64,000 nt of DNA from Macrostomum lignano (Eukaryota). The notes under the pieces are model-generated. The model ran no database searches. It was not told where the DNA came from and saw only the letters and a list, made by a program, of their open reading frames with translations. A program made the position numbers and the translations under genes. Location of the stretch: positions 186,001-250,000 of the forward strand of contig NIVC01000166.1 of the NCBI GenBank assembly GCA_002269645.1, written 5' to 3'. Shown here piece by piece: positions 11,636-23,100 of the stretch (the first letter of the stretch is position 1; each line of letters begins with the position of its first letter).

Positions 11636-14600
11636 ATGGTCAAAAACTACTCAATCGGGGAACAGATCGGTCGAGGCGAGTTTGCTAGTGTCCATGCCGT
11701 CACCATCAAGGACCGGAGCCCAACAGCCACTTGTGTAAAGCTGATCAAACTGCCAACGAACTCTGAGCAAGTCTTAGACAAAAAAGAGCTCACTGAATTG
11801 GTAGAAAAACACAAGCCACTCAGAGAACTGAAACACCGGAACTTGGTTCAAATTGAAGACCTTCATGTCATTCAACAAGACTACTCTATCGCAGTGTTCA
11901 TGGAGCGGTTTCAAGGAAAAACATTGGAATATTTACTGAAAACGAAGGGTGCCATCACCCAAGAAGATAAGATTCGGCACTACTCCAAGCAGGTGAGCAC
12001 TGCATGGATTTCTATGACGTGTTAATTCACAAGCCCCATAACCAAACAGTCTCTGACTTATTTCTAATTAATTAGTTGGTTTTTTATTTAATTAAGCACA
12101 ATTCTCAACTTCTCTGCAGATCTGTGAAGCTTTGAAGTATCTCCACCACGACTTAAAGGACCTCGTCATTCACAGAAACATCTGCAGTAAAACAGTTATG
12201 ATAGACGACAACGATTTAGTTAAGTTAATTGACTTTGGCATATCCATTCAGCTGATGGATGCGGTGAGCCATCAGGTGACGCAGTGTCCGAGAGGCCACC
12301 CGAACTACATGGCTCCAGAGTTGTTCTTGGAGGAATCCAGCTCTAAATTCCAGAGCCTCTACAGTCGGGGCTCAGACATCTGGGCTTTCGGTTGCGTTGT
12401 GTACGAGATGACCACTGGTGCGAAGCCGCTTGGAGATTGCAAAAATATGCTGGCCATAGTTAACAAAATCAAATATCACGGAGCTCCAAACCTACCGGAG
12501 GCGAGCTCTGAGCAGCTGAGAGACTTCTATAAAGGCTGCATGAGAATGAATAGGAAAGAGAGAATGTCGGCAGCAGATCTGCTACGACACGAGTTTCTCA
12601 GTCCTGGTATGCAATTTTATGGTTTTTTGAGCTACATGTATATTTTTCACTGTTTTTTGGCTAGTTGTTACCTAATATAAGCTCTCTTTTAGTATATGAC
12701 AAACACTGGGACAATGTCCGTCTGCTGAGCAGAGGAGGCTTCGCAGAAATTCACGAGGCTCTCACGGACAAGGGTATCCGTTGCGCCGTAAAAACTCTGA
12801 AGCTGCCCCTTCAACTCGGTGATCAACGTGACAAAGTGCAGAGAGAAACCGATCGAGCTATTGAAAGCGAGATGAACCTGTGCAGATTACGGCATGACAA
12901 CATCGTAAAGATCTTTGACATTGTGCAGCCAGAAATTGCCACGGTTGTTGTGTTCATGGAGCTGCTGGATGGCAAAACTTTGGAATTGGTGATAGATGGA
13001 AAACCACTGGATGAGGGAATGATTCGTCTTTTCGCTTCACAAGTAAGCATGAATACTGAGTTGAATAATCAGGTTTGCTCATTATCCTGATCGCATTACT
13101 TTTGTTTACTCATATTTCAGATCTGCAGCGCACTTAGCTACATGCACAATCAACCAGAAAAATCAGCCGTGATTCACAGAGACCTCAACTGCTCAAATAT
13201 CGTGATTCTAGATGATAACAAAGTCAAGTTGATTGATTTTGGCTTATCGCACAGGCTAGGATCGTCGATTAGTCACAGCACCGCCTCGTCAGTGAAGGGC
13301 ACGCTGAACTTCATGGCGCCGGAGCTACTGGGTGACGACGAAAAAATTGTGTACAGCACAGCATCAGATGTCTGGGCATTCGGTTGCGCCGTCTACCAGA
13401 TGGCCACTGGAGAGCGGCCGTTCGAGAAAATTAAAAACCTAAATCGTCTTATTCGCACTCTGAAAGAGCAAGGCGCCCCATTATTGCCAGATTCTTGTTC
13501 GAGTCTGCTGAAAGATTTCTATGCCAGTTGCGTTATGCGCCAGCGCTCGGAGAGGGCGTCCGCTATAACGTTGATGAAGCACGAGTTTCTGACTTTCAAG
13601 TAAGTCTGCTTGCATTTTGTCTATTAAAGTTCATATTTTTGTATCAACGATGGCTCTGTATTTTTGTACTTTTAGTCGAGCATATTGTTTCTTTTAATTC
13701 CTTTAATTAGAGCCTCGGAGTACGAGGATGAAGACCGATACGAATCCAGTGCTAGCCAGAAAGGAATGTGCGCAATCATTGACATGCTCCCATCTGGCTC
13801 GGACTCAAAACTCTCTGCTAAAATCAGCAAAAGTTTAGAAAAGTTCGATTTCATCGTCAAGTCGCTACCAGACGCAACCTGTCAAACCGCTTGGAGCTTC
13901 ATCGGGGACATCGCAAACAGTCAAGAGCTTGCAGACTCGAAATGCTTTGTTTGTTTTGTTATAGCTTCCGGTTCGAACGGACAACTGTACTCAGCTGACA
14001 ATGATGAGAGCATTGAAATCAGAGATCTGCTTGCCAGGTTTCGCTCTAGCCAGTGTCCCAGTCTGAAGGACAAGCCGAAGCTTTTCTTCATTCAGGCCGC
14101 GCAACCGGCCAGTGCAGCCGCCGGCTTGGACGAATCCACGACGCGAATTCGAGACGATGACTTTCTGGTTTGCATCAACGATGCCGACCTGGATTCATCG
14201 TTTGTCGGGATATTGTGCACTGTTTTAGAAGAGGACAAATTTAGCGACCTAGACATTGAAGGAGTTGTGGATGTGGTGAACGATCGCCTAAAACTGGAAC
14301 CGTTGGTTAAAGCGAAAAACCGGGCACTTAAATCCATGTCGGAAGCAGTTTCCACTTTGACGAAGAAATTTTACCTGAAGCCGGAACGGGTGAAACCGGA
14401 TCCCAGGTGAGCTTTTTCGTTGTTTTAGAGGCTTATTGAGAAGAATGCACAAAAATTAGCTAAATCAGCAACACTAATTTCTGGTATTCGAGGAGCACTT
14501 CATCCTGCAGACAAACAAGTTTCCAGTACCACCACCGAATTAACCTACTTTGTAACCTACTATTATTAACCTACTTTAACCTACTTTATTAGGTTAAAGT

Positions 14601-17547
14601 AGGTTAGGTTAGGTTAAAGTAGGTTAATATTAACCTACTTTAACCTACTCAATGAAACGATTGGGCCCGATGATGCCATTTTGATCACTTCCACCACAAG
14701 AGCTTTATTTAAAACAGTTGTTTAGTGAATAGGATCGAGGGATTTCTTATTCTTCCCATTGATTCATAATGTTTAGCAGAGAAAGATAACGAATATTTCA
14801 GAGCGGAGTCGCCAGAAAAGTGGGACGATATACAATTGAAGAGGCTAATAGAGGAGGAGGCAAGTCAATGCGCGAACCCGGACTTCACCAGCAAAAAGTA
14901 CGGCCCGTTGGGACAGACGCTGCTGTCAATCGCAGCTGACAAGGAAAGCAGCGAGTTAGTCAAGCTTGCGCTCCAGACAGCGACCACTGTTCCATCCATT
15001 CACTCGGATCTCGATGTGATGGGCAGGACGGCCCTTTCCTGCGCCGCAGCCAAAGGATCAGACGCGGTTCTGGCCGCTTTCGAGCAGGCATTCATCGATG
15101 CGGCCGATGTTCAGAAATCAGTGGTTAACGAAGCCAACTATATGCGCCAAACTCCTATCATTGTGGCAGCCAAGCAAAACAGGACGAATGTTCTCGAGAA
15201 GTTGGTCCGGATGGGAGCGTATATCAATCAGAAGGTGAGGCTGTGTTGATACCCACTAGTTTTACTCAACTATCACAAAAATGTCCTATCAACTCTGAAT
15301 CACAAAAACAGACAGAGACAGAAAGAAACAATGCATGATAGAACCCAAAGGCTGATTCAGTTCAAGAAGCAACTTTATCGCCTTTATCAAAGAGCTCAGG
15401 AACTTATACAGCGCAGACACATCCGCCCGGCCTCTGCACGACCAAGCATGATGTTCTCTTTTACTGCCTCGATGACGGCCTTCTTAAAGCTATTGAGATG
15501 AAACAAATACGTTTGCGTTTTTGCGATTGCCTATTTGCTTTCAGGTTGAGATTTTAGGAATTTTGAGACGCTTTAGTCCCGGTTCCGTCAGCAAGCTCTA
15601 CTGCAGCATGGCCGGTTCCAAGGACCAGGCTGCCAAAATTTAATTTTCAAAACAGTCGATTCTGTTTCGAAGTGTAGAACCCTTTTGCACTTTTTCCGTA
15701 TTTCAAGCACCTGGCAGGCAATTCGAATTCTTCCGATCAACTTGCTGGCTTCATGCTGCTCACATAATCCTTATCCAGATGCATCTTGCGGCAAAACGTT
15801 TGAAGGGTTTTAACTCTGGGTCTATAGTCGTCTGATCTGTATGACCTTTAACATTTGTAAACATTAGATATTTGGCTACAAGTGGCCACTGGACAGTTAG
15901 TGTTTATGACGTATGGCGTCTCTACGCTCGTACATTTCATTATATTTGAGTTCGTACAAATTCTGCACATGCAGCTTATATATGAATTTACATTTCAGGA
16001 TATTGTAGAAGCCACCGCATTGATCTACGCGGCTAAATTCGGATTTGTTGACGCGGTGCGCAAGCTGCTGGAACTCGGCGCCGATGCTGCTCTCGCAGAC
16101 CGTTCGGATCAAACACCGCTAATTTGGGCAGCTCGCTGTGGCCACACCGATGTTATCAACGCTCTATCTGAAAAGCTCAATAGTCTGGAGCTCTGGAACC
16201 ACAGGAGCACGCGGTTGCGCAACTTAACCGCGCTTGAATGGGCTAAGCTCTGCGGCCATGACGCCACTGCGGACAGGATTCAGCAGATGTAAGTAATTGG
16301 CGACGTAATTTTTGTTCCAATGGCTGAAAGCTCTGTAGAAATCTGCACCTCCTGCTTTCATGGGCGTAAGAAATTGGCCGTCACGAGGGTCCTCCCTTTC
16401 CACCAGACCATTTAAAGTTTTTTTCGTGAATATCCCCTAAGCTAGTAAACTTTTTTCCTGTCTTGAACCCTCACAATGACACGCATTAAGCCATCCATGA
16501 TCCTGTTAAGCCGTTAAGAAGAAGTTTTTAATCATTTAAATATTTTAAATGATCGATGCAAACTATTTCAGAATTCAACAGATAACCGGAGCGACACAGG
16601 AGGCGGAAGCCACTACCGACCCACAATCAAGGGGTGGCGGTGGCGGTGGTGACGGTCCCAGTAGTGAAGCGACAGGAACTTCCGCCGGAGGAAGCGGCGG
16701 CGGAGCCGTTGGTGGAGGAGGTGGTGCTGATGAAGTTGGTGGAAGGGGTGCCGGTGGCGGAGGTGCCGGTGGCGGAGGTGGCAGTGGCAGTGGTGCCGGT
16801 GGCGGAGGTGCCGGTGGCGGAGGTGGTGGTGGCGGAGGTGGTGGTGGCTGGCCTATTTACCATATGAACAGCCCAGTCAGAGGCCTAGCAATAGTTATCA
16901 GTCGGAACACGATTCCACCAAATGCAGGTTTTCAGAACATACATTGGGTGCCGGATCAGCAGACTCAATCTTTTGTCGGTTGTTTAAGCGACCTACGCTT
17001 CGATTTCTTAGTGCTACCAAATATTCCGAGAAACCTTTATTATAATCTCCGAACCACGGTACTCAATTGGCCGACGTATACCATCTCTGATTCTCTTCTC
17101 CTCTGCCTGATGTCTTATGGCGAACACGGCCGAGTGTATGACTGCAATGGAGAGCGTGTTGAGCTGGAAACAATGTTTCGACAGTTCAGAGAGTGTCCGC
17201 TGCTCTCTGGTAAGCCGAAAATATTCATGGTCGATGCTGGTCGCGACATTCCTCATGAGAGACTGGTGTTGGAGCAGGCAATTCAGGAGAACGCGGGCCA
17301 GCACCAGGACTGTATTTACATTTACAGTGTTGTAAAAGGAAACGCCTGCTACCAAGAGGTAGAGAACGGCTTTTGCTTCATGCAGTCCATGGTGAATTTA
17401 CTGCGCTGGCCAAGTTTCGATTCAGCCACTGAAGATTTTGCGTCCTTTCTGACGAAAGTCGTCAGCGACGTGTCGAACAAGTGCACAGCAAAGCAGATTG
17501 TCTGCCACACGAGCACCTTGCAGCGTCATATCATTTTTGGAAATTAA
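11636..17547 (+). CDS. Pseudokinase - kinase - caspase-like - 6x ankyrin - Gly-rich - caspase-like fusion protein (1355 aa), 8 exons
   Basis: Exons 11636-11992, 12120-12606, 12693-13042, 13121-13599, 13711-14406, 14802-15234, 15999-16288, 16572-17547. All introns are GT-AG with phases 0,1,0,2,2,0,2, giving one 4068-nt frame. Kinase 1 has HRNICSKT/DFG. Kinase 2 has AVK/HRDLNCSN/DFG/APE. Caspase motifs: IASG/KPKLFFIQAAQ and MSYG/KPKIFMVDAGR. Confidence 0.87.
14540..14650. repeat. Short AACCTACTTT / AAAGTAGGTT direct and inverted repeat cluster in an intron
   Basis: The motif repeats about 7 times forward and about 3 times as reverse complement. Confidence 0.7.
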
Positions 17548-18709
17548 CCCGAGAACTCGTAATTTTTATGACGCTGATCCTGTAAGGTAAAATGCATAAA
17601 GTATATTTACTTTTATAATTTCATCTGGTGACAGTGTCTCGTTATTTTCATCCAGTTGCTTTTCCTCCAACTATCTAAAAATTGTTTTAATGTGGTGATC
17701 CAATATAAACCCAGATGATACTACTTCAAACTAATCAAACAGACCCGTGTGGCAGTGAGAAAACAAATTTAAGTTAAGCCTAAATCCTAACCGACGACTG
17801 ATATTATAATTTTCGTATACTGCGCACTTCGATTGCTTGTTGGGTTTTAACATTAACATTTATTGTTGTTATCTTTTGTTTTTTCGATGCTTTTATGATG
17901 ACGTCAATGTATACATTTGATTCACCTACATATCCTACTTTGTATACTGAATGATTTTTTTGTATGTTTTAAAAAAATTGTTATAGACAAAGCAGTTTAA
18001 CATAATTAAATCTTTATTAGGAATAATGTATTGAACTCAAAAAGTTGTGTATTAGATTGCATCTACAAACTACATGTAATTGGAACTTGCAATGCCCCTG
18101 AATATACAGCCGCTGGTTTTGTTTGCTAATGAGGGACAGAGGCTCCCTCCATCGTGTGAATTTCCCGCCGAAACTATACGGAAAATGTTACAATTTTATA
18201 CCGCACCCAATTTGTTTGAATGCGCCGCACCCCCACCCCCTTTTACTAAAAATACAAGAACGTTTTTTCACCCGTGAATTCTAACTTGGCCCTTGCTGGC
18301 AGCGCTCATTTTTTTCTCTAATAATACCTAAGTAACTGACGGATCTTTCCAATATAGTTTTTCGTATTAGCTAGAATCGGAAAAGCAAGTGCAAATTGGC
18401 TGGGTGGGAAAACCAAGTCGTGCAGTAGTTTTGCTTCAGGGCGCCAAATGAGTGCCTGCGGCGCCAATATGAGTGCCTGCGGCGCTAAAATGCTAAATTG
18501 AGTGCGGCGCCAAAATGAGGCTAGTGCTAACAGCACCGCTTTTCAAAATAATGTAGGAATTTAGCCATGTAGACTTCTTGGCTTTGTCCCCCACTATAAA
18601 ATCCATGGTGACGCCCCTGGCTGTAATTATCTTAAAAAGTGCTAATTAAAAATCAATCTTATAATATCTTAAAAATCTGGGGACCCCACATACAGGTGGT
18701 GAGACATGT

Positions 18710-19161
18710 CAGTGGCGTATACTCGAGAATTTTATTTGCAGGATTTGCAACATTACAGAGACCAGTATTTGGTCTCTAGGTTAATACCTCGATCGCTTGT
18801 TGGGCGCCCCTGTCTCTTGGTGGGTGCCCCTGTCTCTTGGTGGGCGCCCCTGTCTCTTGGTGGGCGCCCCTGTCTCTTGGTGGGCGCCCCTGTCTCTTGG
18901 TGGGCGCCCCTGTCTCTTGGTGGGCGCCCCTGTCTCTTGGTGGGCGCCCCTGTCTCTTGGTGGGCGCCCCTGTCTCTTGGTGGGCGCCCCTGTCTCTTGG
19001 TGGGCGCCCCTGATCTCTTCTAACAAGAGAAGGTAATTAAACACGAGCCCCTCTGTCATTCGTCAAGCTCGCGGTTACCTCTTATTTAGTTTCTTAGGGA
19101 TTACAATTATTATAAGGGGCAATTGGGGGGGCACCTCCACCCTAAGCTGCGTACGCCACTG
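18710..19161. mobile_element. Non-autonomous hAT-type element (MITE) with an internal 20-bp minisatellite
   Basis: TIRs CAGTGGCGTA (18710) and TACGCCACTG (19161). A perfect 8-bp TSD, AGACATGT, lies on both sides. Internal array (TGGGCGCCCCTGTCTCTTGG)n spans about 18797-19012. Confidence 0.9.
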
Positions 19162-19489
19162 AGACATGTACAGCAGTAAGTTTTATTCTGCTGTACTTGT
19201 AAATATACCGGCATAATGTACTGCACATGTACACTGCAGTCTTTCACAAGCACTTGGACGATCGATTTAGTCTCATCTGTATTGTGTTCCAAAAGTGCAA
19301 TGTACCTATACGAACATGTACTCTCAAGGACATCAAAAGTTTTTGGATTCTAAATTTAAATGTACTAGCTCTCGCTCCATGACCTCTGGTTTATTGATTC
19401 CCTGAGCAACCGCATTCATTTGGGGTTGTGAAACGAAAAATTGGCCATGTGTGTTTTGTCGCCATGAGGGCCAACCCCCAATAAGGCGC

Positions 19490-19760
19490 AGGGAGTGTAC
19501 ATATGCCTGATGATTAGAAAGACAGTCAGGGCCGCTGGTACACCCTGTGTGAGCTTTGTGTTAGACGTGACTGTGTACGCTCGTATAATATTAGCTTGCT
19601 TGTATGTGCATCAGGAGAGTCAGTGGAATGGGAGGAATTGCCTCAGCGCTGGTTGTGGGGCGATATCGCAAAAGAAGTTTCGCCAGATTTTTGCGAATAT
19701 TATTATTACAATTATATTATGTATAATATTATGTATAATATTATTATTATTATTACATTT
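19490..19760 (+). repeat. Dispersed repeat, also present at about 42975-43160
   Basis: Both sites share gtaca(ta)tgcctga...gtcagggccg...tacacc(c)ctgtgtgagc...ctcagcgctggttgt and end in ATT-rich tails. Confidence 0.55.
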
Positions 19761-20132
19761 TTGTTACATTTTTGTACAAATATTATTGCATCTGAATATT
19801 ATCGTATTATTTATATTTTAGCGAACGCTGAGCTTTTTGGTTGGACCGTGGACCGATTTGCTCAGCTGCCATCGGTTGGGATTTTTTTCCAATTTTAATA
19901 CGAATGTACATGCAGAGTTTATGCAACACCGCCAGATCCACATCCCCAGTGAAAACTCTGCAGCTTCTGACGAAAACTTAGACGAAAACCCCAGTTTTTG
20001 TGTCCTTTTTGTATTACTCTTCTTTAATCCTTCACATTTCGGGACTTGAGTGGATATAGAATTTCTTCGTTAGTTTTCTAACTTTTACTCGCCATAACTC
20101 CTCAAACTCCCATCGATGACGGTCTACATATC

Positions 20133-23100
20133 TGATGTGTTTGGAAATGAAATCGTAGTGTTTTTTCGTAAAGTAATTTGTATATTTATTTTCACTCCGA
20201 AGAGTGGAATCGTAGGCAAGCGCAGTTCTGAGAAAACAAAGTTCGTCTGGGCCGTCTCTCTTTCTAGAGAGCAAACGTTAGGAGGTTAGGCCATAGATGT
20301 GCTTCAACTAAACCACACATCATCTTCCCCCTCCTCAAGAGAGTCTCATTCTTATAGTTCTTCGATTAGCCGTCTTGGGGGTATGCCTTTATTCATTCGA
20401 CCAGATCGCCGGGCTTGCGGGTGCTGGACCCTTGTGGTGGGCTCCAGGTCAATGTCGACCGTCGACGCCTGGGCCGGCCTGAAGGGAACCAGGTTCCGTG
20501 CAGTCCAAACTTTTCCATTGTCGAGGCGATAGGTGAATCTGCCCAAAACTTCTTGAATGAGGAAGGGTGACGTAAATGGTGATTTGCCTTTCGGCACATG
20601 TGGGAGTCGGATGCGCACCATGTCGCCCAGTTTGAAATGTTGCCGAGTACTCGTTCCCGCTCCAGTTGCTTGCGGGTCGCTAGAATCGCAGCTCTTTAGC
20701 TCCTCCGCAATTGGCTTCTCAATTTCTAGTTTACGGGGCTGAAACTTTGTTCGGATATCCCGCCCTAGCAGCAGTCGTGCTGGTGAGTCGCCGTCTTCGT
20801 TAGGCGTCGTCCGATAGCTGCAGATGACTTGCTGCATTCCCTCTTCGAAGCTTCTCTTATCCGTTTCAAAGGTTTGCGCAGCATGCTTAAGTGTCCGGTT
20901 AAAAACTTCTACTTTACCATTTCTTCTTGGCTCATATAGCGGAACGCAGTCATGCCTGATGTCGCGCGAGGCGAGGAAGTTTTTCATTTCAGTGGAGACG
21001 AAGCTGCTTCCATTGTCGGACACCAGGACATCCGGGTTTCCAAAACGGTCGAATGTTTCCGTCAGCCACTTGATAATCTTCGCCGATCTGATGTCTCCAG
21101 TCAGGAGAATTTCTGGGTAGGACGAGTAGTAGTCTATCAAGGCAACAATAAATCGCTGAGTTTGAGGAGCTATCGCGAATGGGCCAGAGATGTCGATTGC
21201 CAGCTTTGACCACGGGCGCTCAGGCTTTTGTATAGAATTCCCGTCTGGTACAATGACTCTATGGGACTTTGCGCTGTCCTGACAAGCTAGGCAATGCTTG
21301 ACGTAGTTATTGATCGCTCTGTCCATACCTGGCCACCAGTAAGCAGATCGCAGGAGACGCTTCATCCTCACAATGCCGGGGTGTCCTTCATGCGCGCGTT
21401 TTAGTATTTGCGGTTGTAGTTTAGAAGGCGGCACAATTTGTTCGCCACGAAATAAAATGTTCTTGTCAATCGTCAGTTCATCCTGGACTTGTCGAAAGGC
21501 ACTAGCTTCCGATCGTTTGTCGATAGGTCTGGAGAGTCGCGTAGCTTCCATTACAATCTGCAATAGCTCATCGGTCTTCGTCAGTTCTTGCAAGTTCTGC
21601 ATATTTATGTTAATTGCACTGCTGACTGCAAGGATGCTCTTGACCATATTTTCGTTGTCCATATCGACATCTCTTATTCCGTCGTTAATGGGGAGCCGCG
21701 AAAGGGCATCAGCCACCTTGTTGGTGCTTCCTGGCTTGTAGATAATATCGTAACTGAATTCGGACAGTCTTACAAGCCAGCGAGTGAATTTAGCTGATTT
21801 TGTCTTATTAGTGTGGTGTCGAAGAAGACTTGTGAGCGCTGAATGATCGGTCTGCAGGGTGAACTGCCGTCCAAGCAGATATTTGGCAAAATGCTCACAT
21901 GCCCAGACGCAAGCGAGGGCTTCGCGCTCGTTCACTGCGTAGTTTCGTTCCCTATCAGACAGTGTGTGTGACGCGAAAGAGATAGGTACTTCGTTACCAT
22001 TCGGCTGTCGTTGCGAAAGGACCGCTCCTATTCCAACATCTGATGCGTCTGTTGTCAGGATCGTCGGCAAGTTTGGGTCAAAAATAGCCAGTTCAAGGCG
22101 TTCGTGGAGCAGCGACTTCACTCGTTCGAAGGCTTTTTACTGCTTTTCTCCCCAGATAAACCTCTGGTGCTTTCTTGTCAACATTCGTAGGGGCTCTGTA
22201 ACGTTAGCCAAGCCTGGCAGGAAGTTCGAATGGTAGTTGATCAATCCAAGGAAGGATCGAAGTTCTTCGGAATTCTTCGGTGCCGGTGTATTCTTGATAG
22301 CCTCTAGCTTCGCGGGGTCGGACTCGACGTTCCCAAGTTCGTTGATAATGTAGCCAAGGAAAGGCACTCGTTCTTTTCGGAGTATTGACTTGGCGGTGTT
22401 GATTCGGAAGTCTTTTTCGTGCAGCAACTTCAGAACCTTCCTTAGTTCTTCGTCGTGCTCCGCGATGGTCTTTCCGAAAACGAGAATATCGTCAATGTAT
22501 GCAATCGTGTGATCACAACCAACTAGTGTGTTGCTAACGCATCGTTGAAATACGGATGCGGAGTCCACCAAGCCCATTGGCAGTCTATTGTAGGCATAGA
22601 GTCCGATCGGGGTTGCAGTTGTGGTTAAATGCTTGCTTTCTTTGTCCAGCTCAATGTGGAAGTAGGCGCGCTTTAAATCAATCTTAGACTTGTAGCGGGC
22701 GCCTCGGAGCTTCAGAAAGAGGTCGTTGATGTTTGGTACGGGGTACCGGTCAGGGACTACAAACTTGTTCAGGTGCGACAGGTCAGTTGTAATCCGTACG
22801 CTTCCGTCGGCTTTCCACACGGTAACCAAACCGTTGACCCACGAACTTTTCTCGATTGGGCTCCAGATTCCGCATTCCTCCATTTGCTTGATCTCTGTGA
22901 TGGCAGCCTCTTGGCGGGCAAACGGAATTGTCCTAGTGGGGATGCACTTGGGAATTGCATCAGAGCGAATTGTAATTTTATGTGTGTGGTCCGGGAAGGT
23001 TCCCAGTGACTCCTCGGACAACTTAGGAAATTGTTTTTTGACCTCGCTGAATTGGTCAGAAATGGCTGAAACCTGCATCGATGATCCGTCGAACTTCAGT

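Noticed and set aside
16725-16745. 'DEVG' as a caspase-3 cleavage site in the Gly linker
   Set aside because: It lacks the P1 Asp of DEVD; coincidental.
18706-19059. Repetitive ORFs (GAPVSWWAPLSL...)
   Set aside because: Translation of the 20-bp array inside the hAT MITE.
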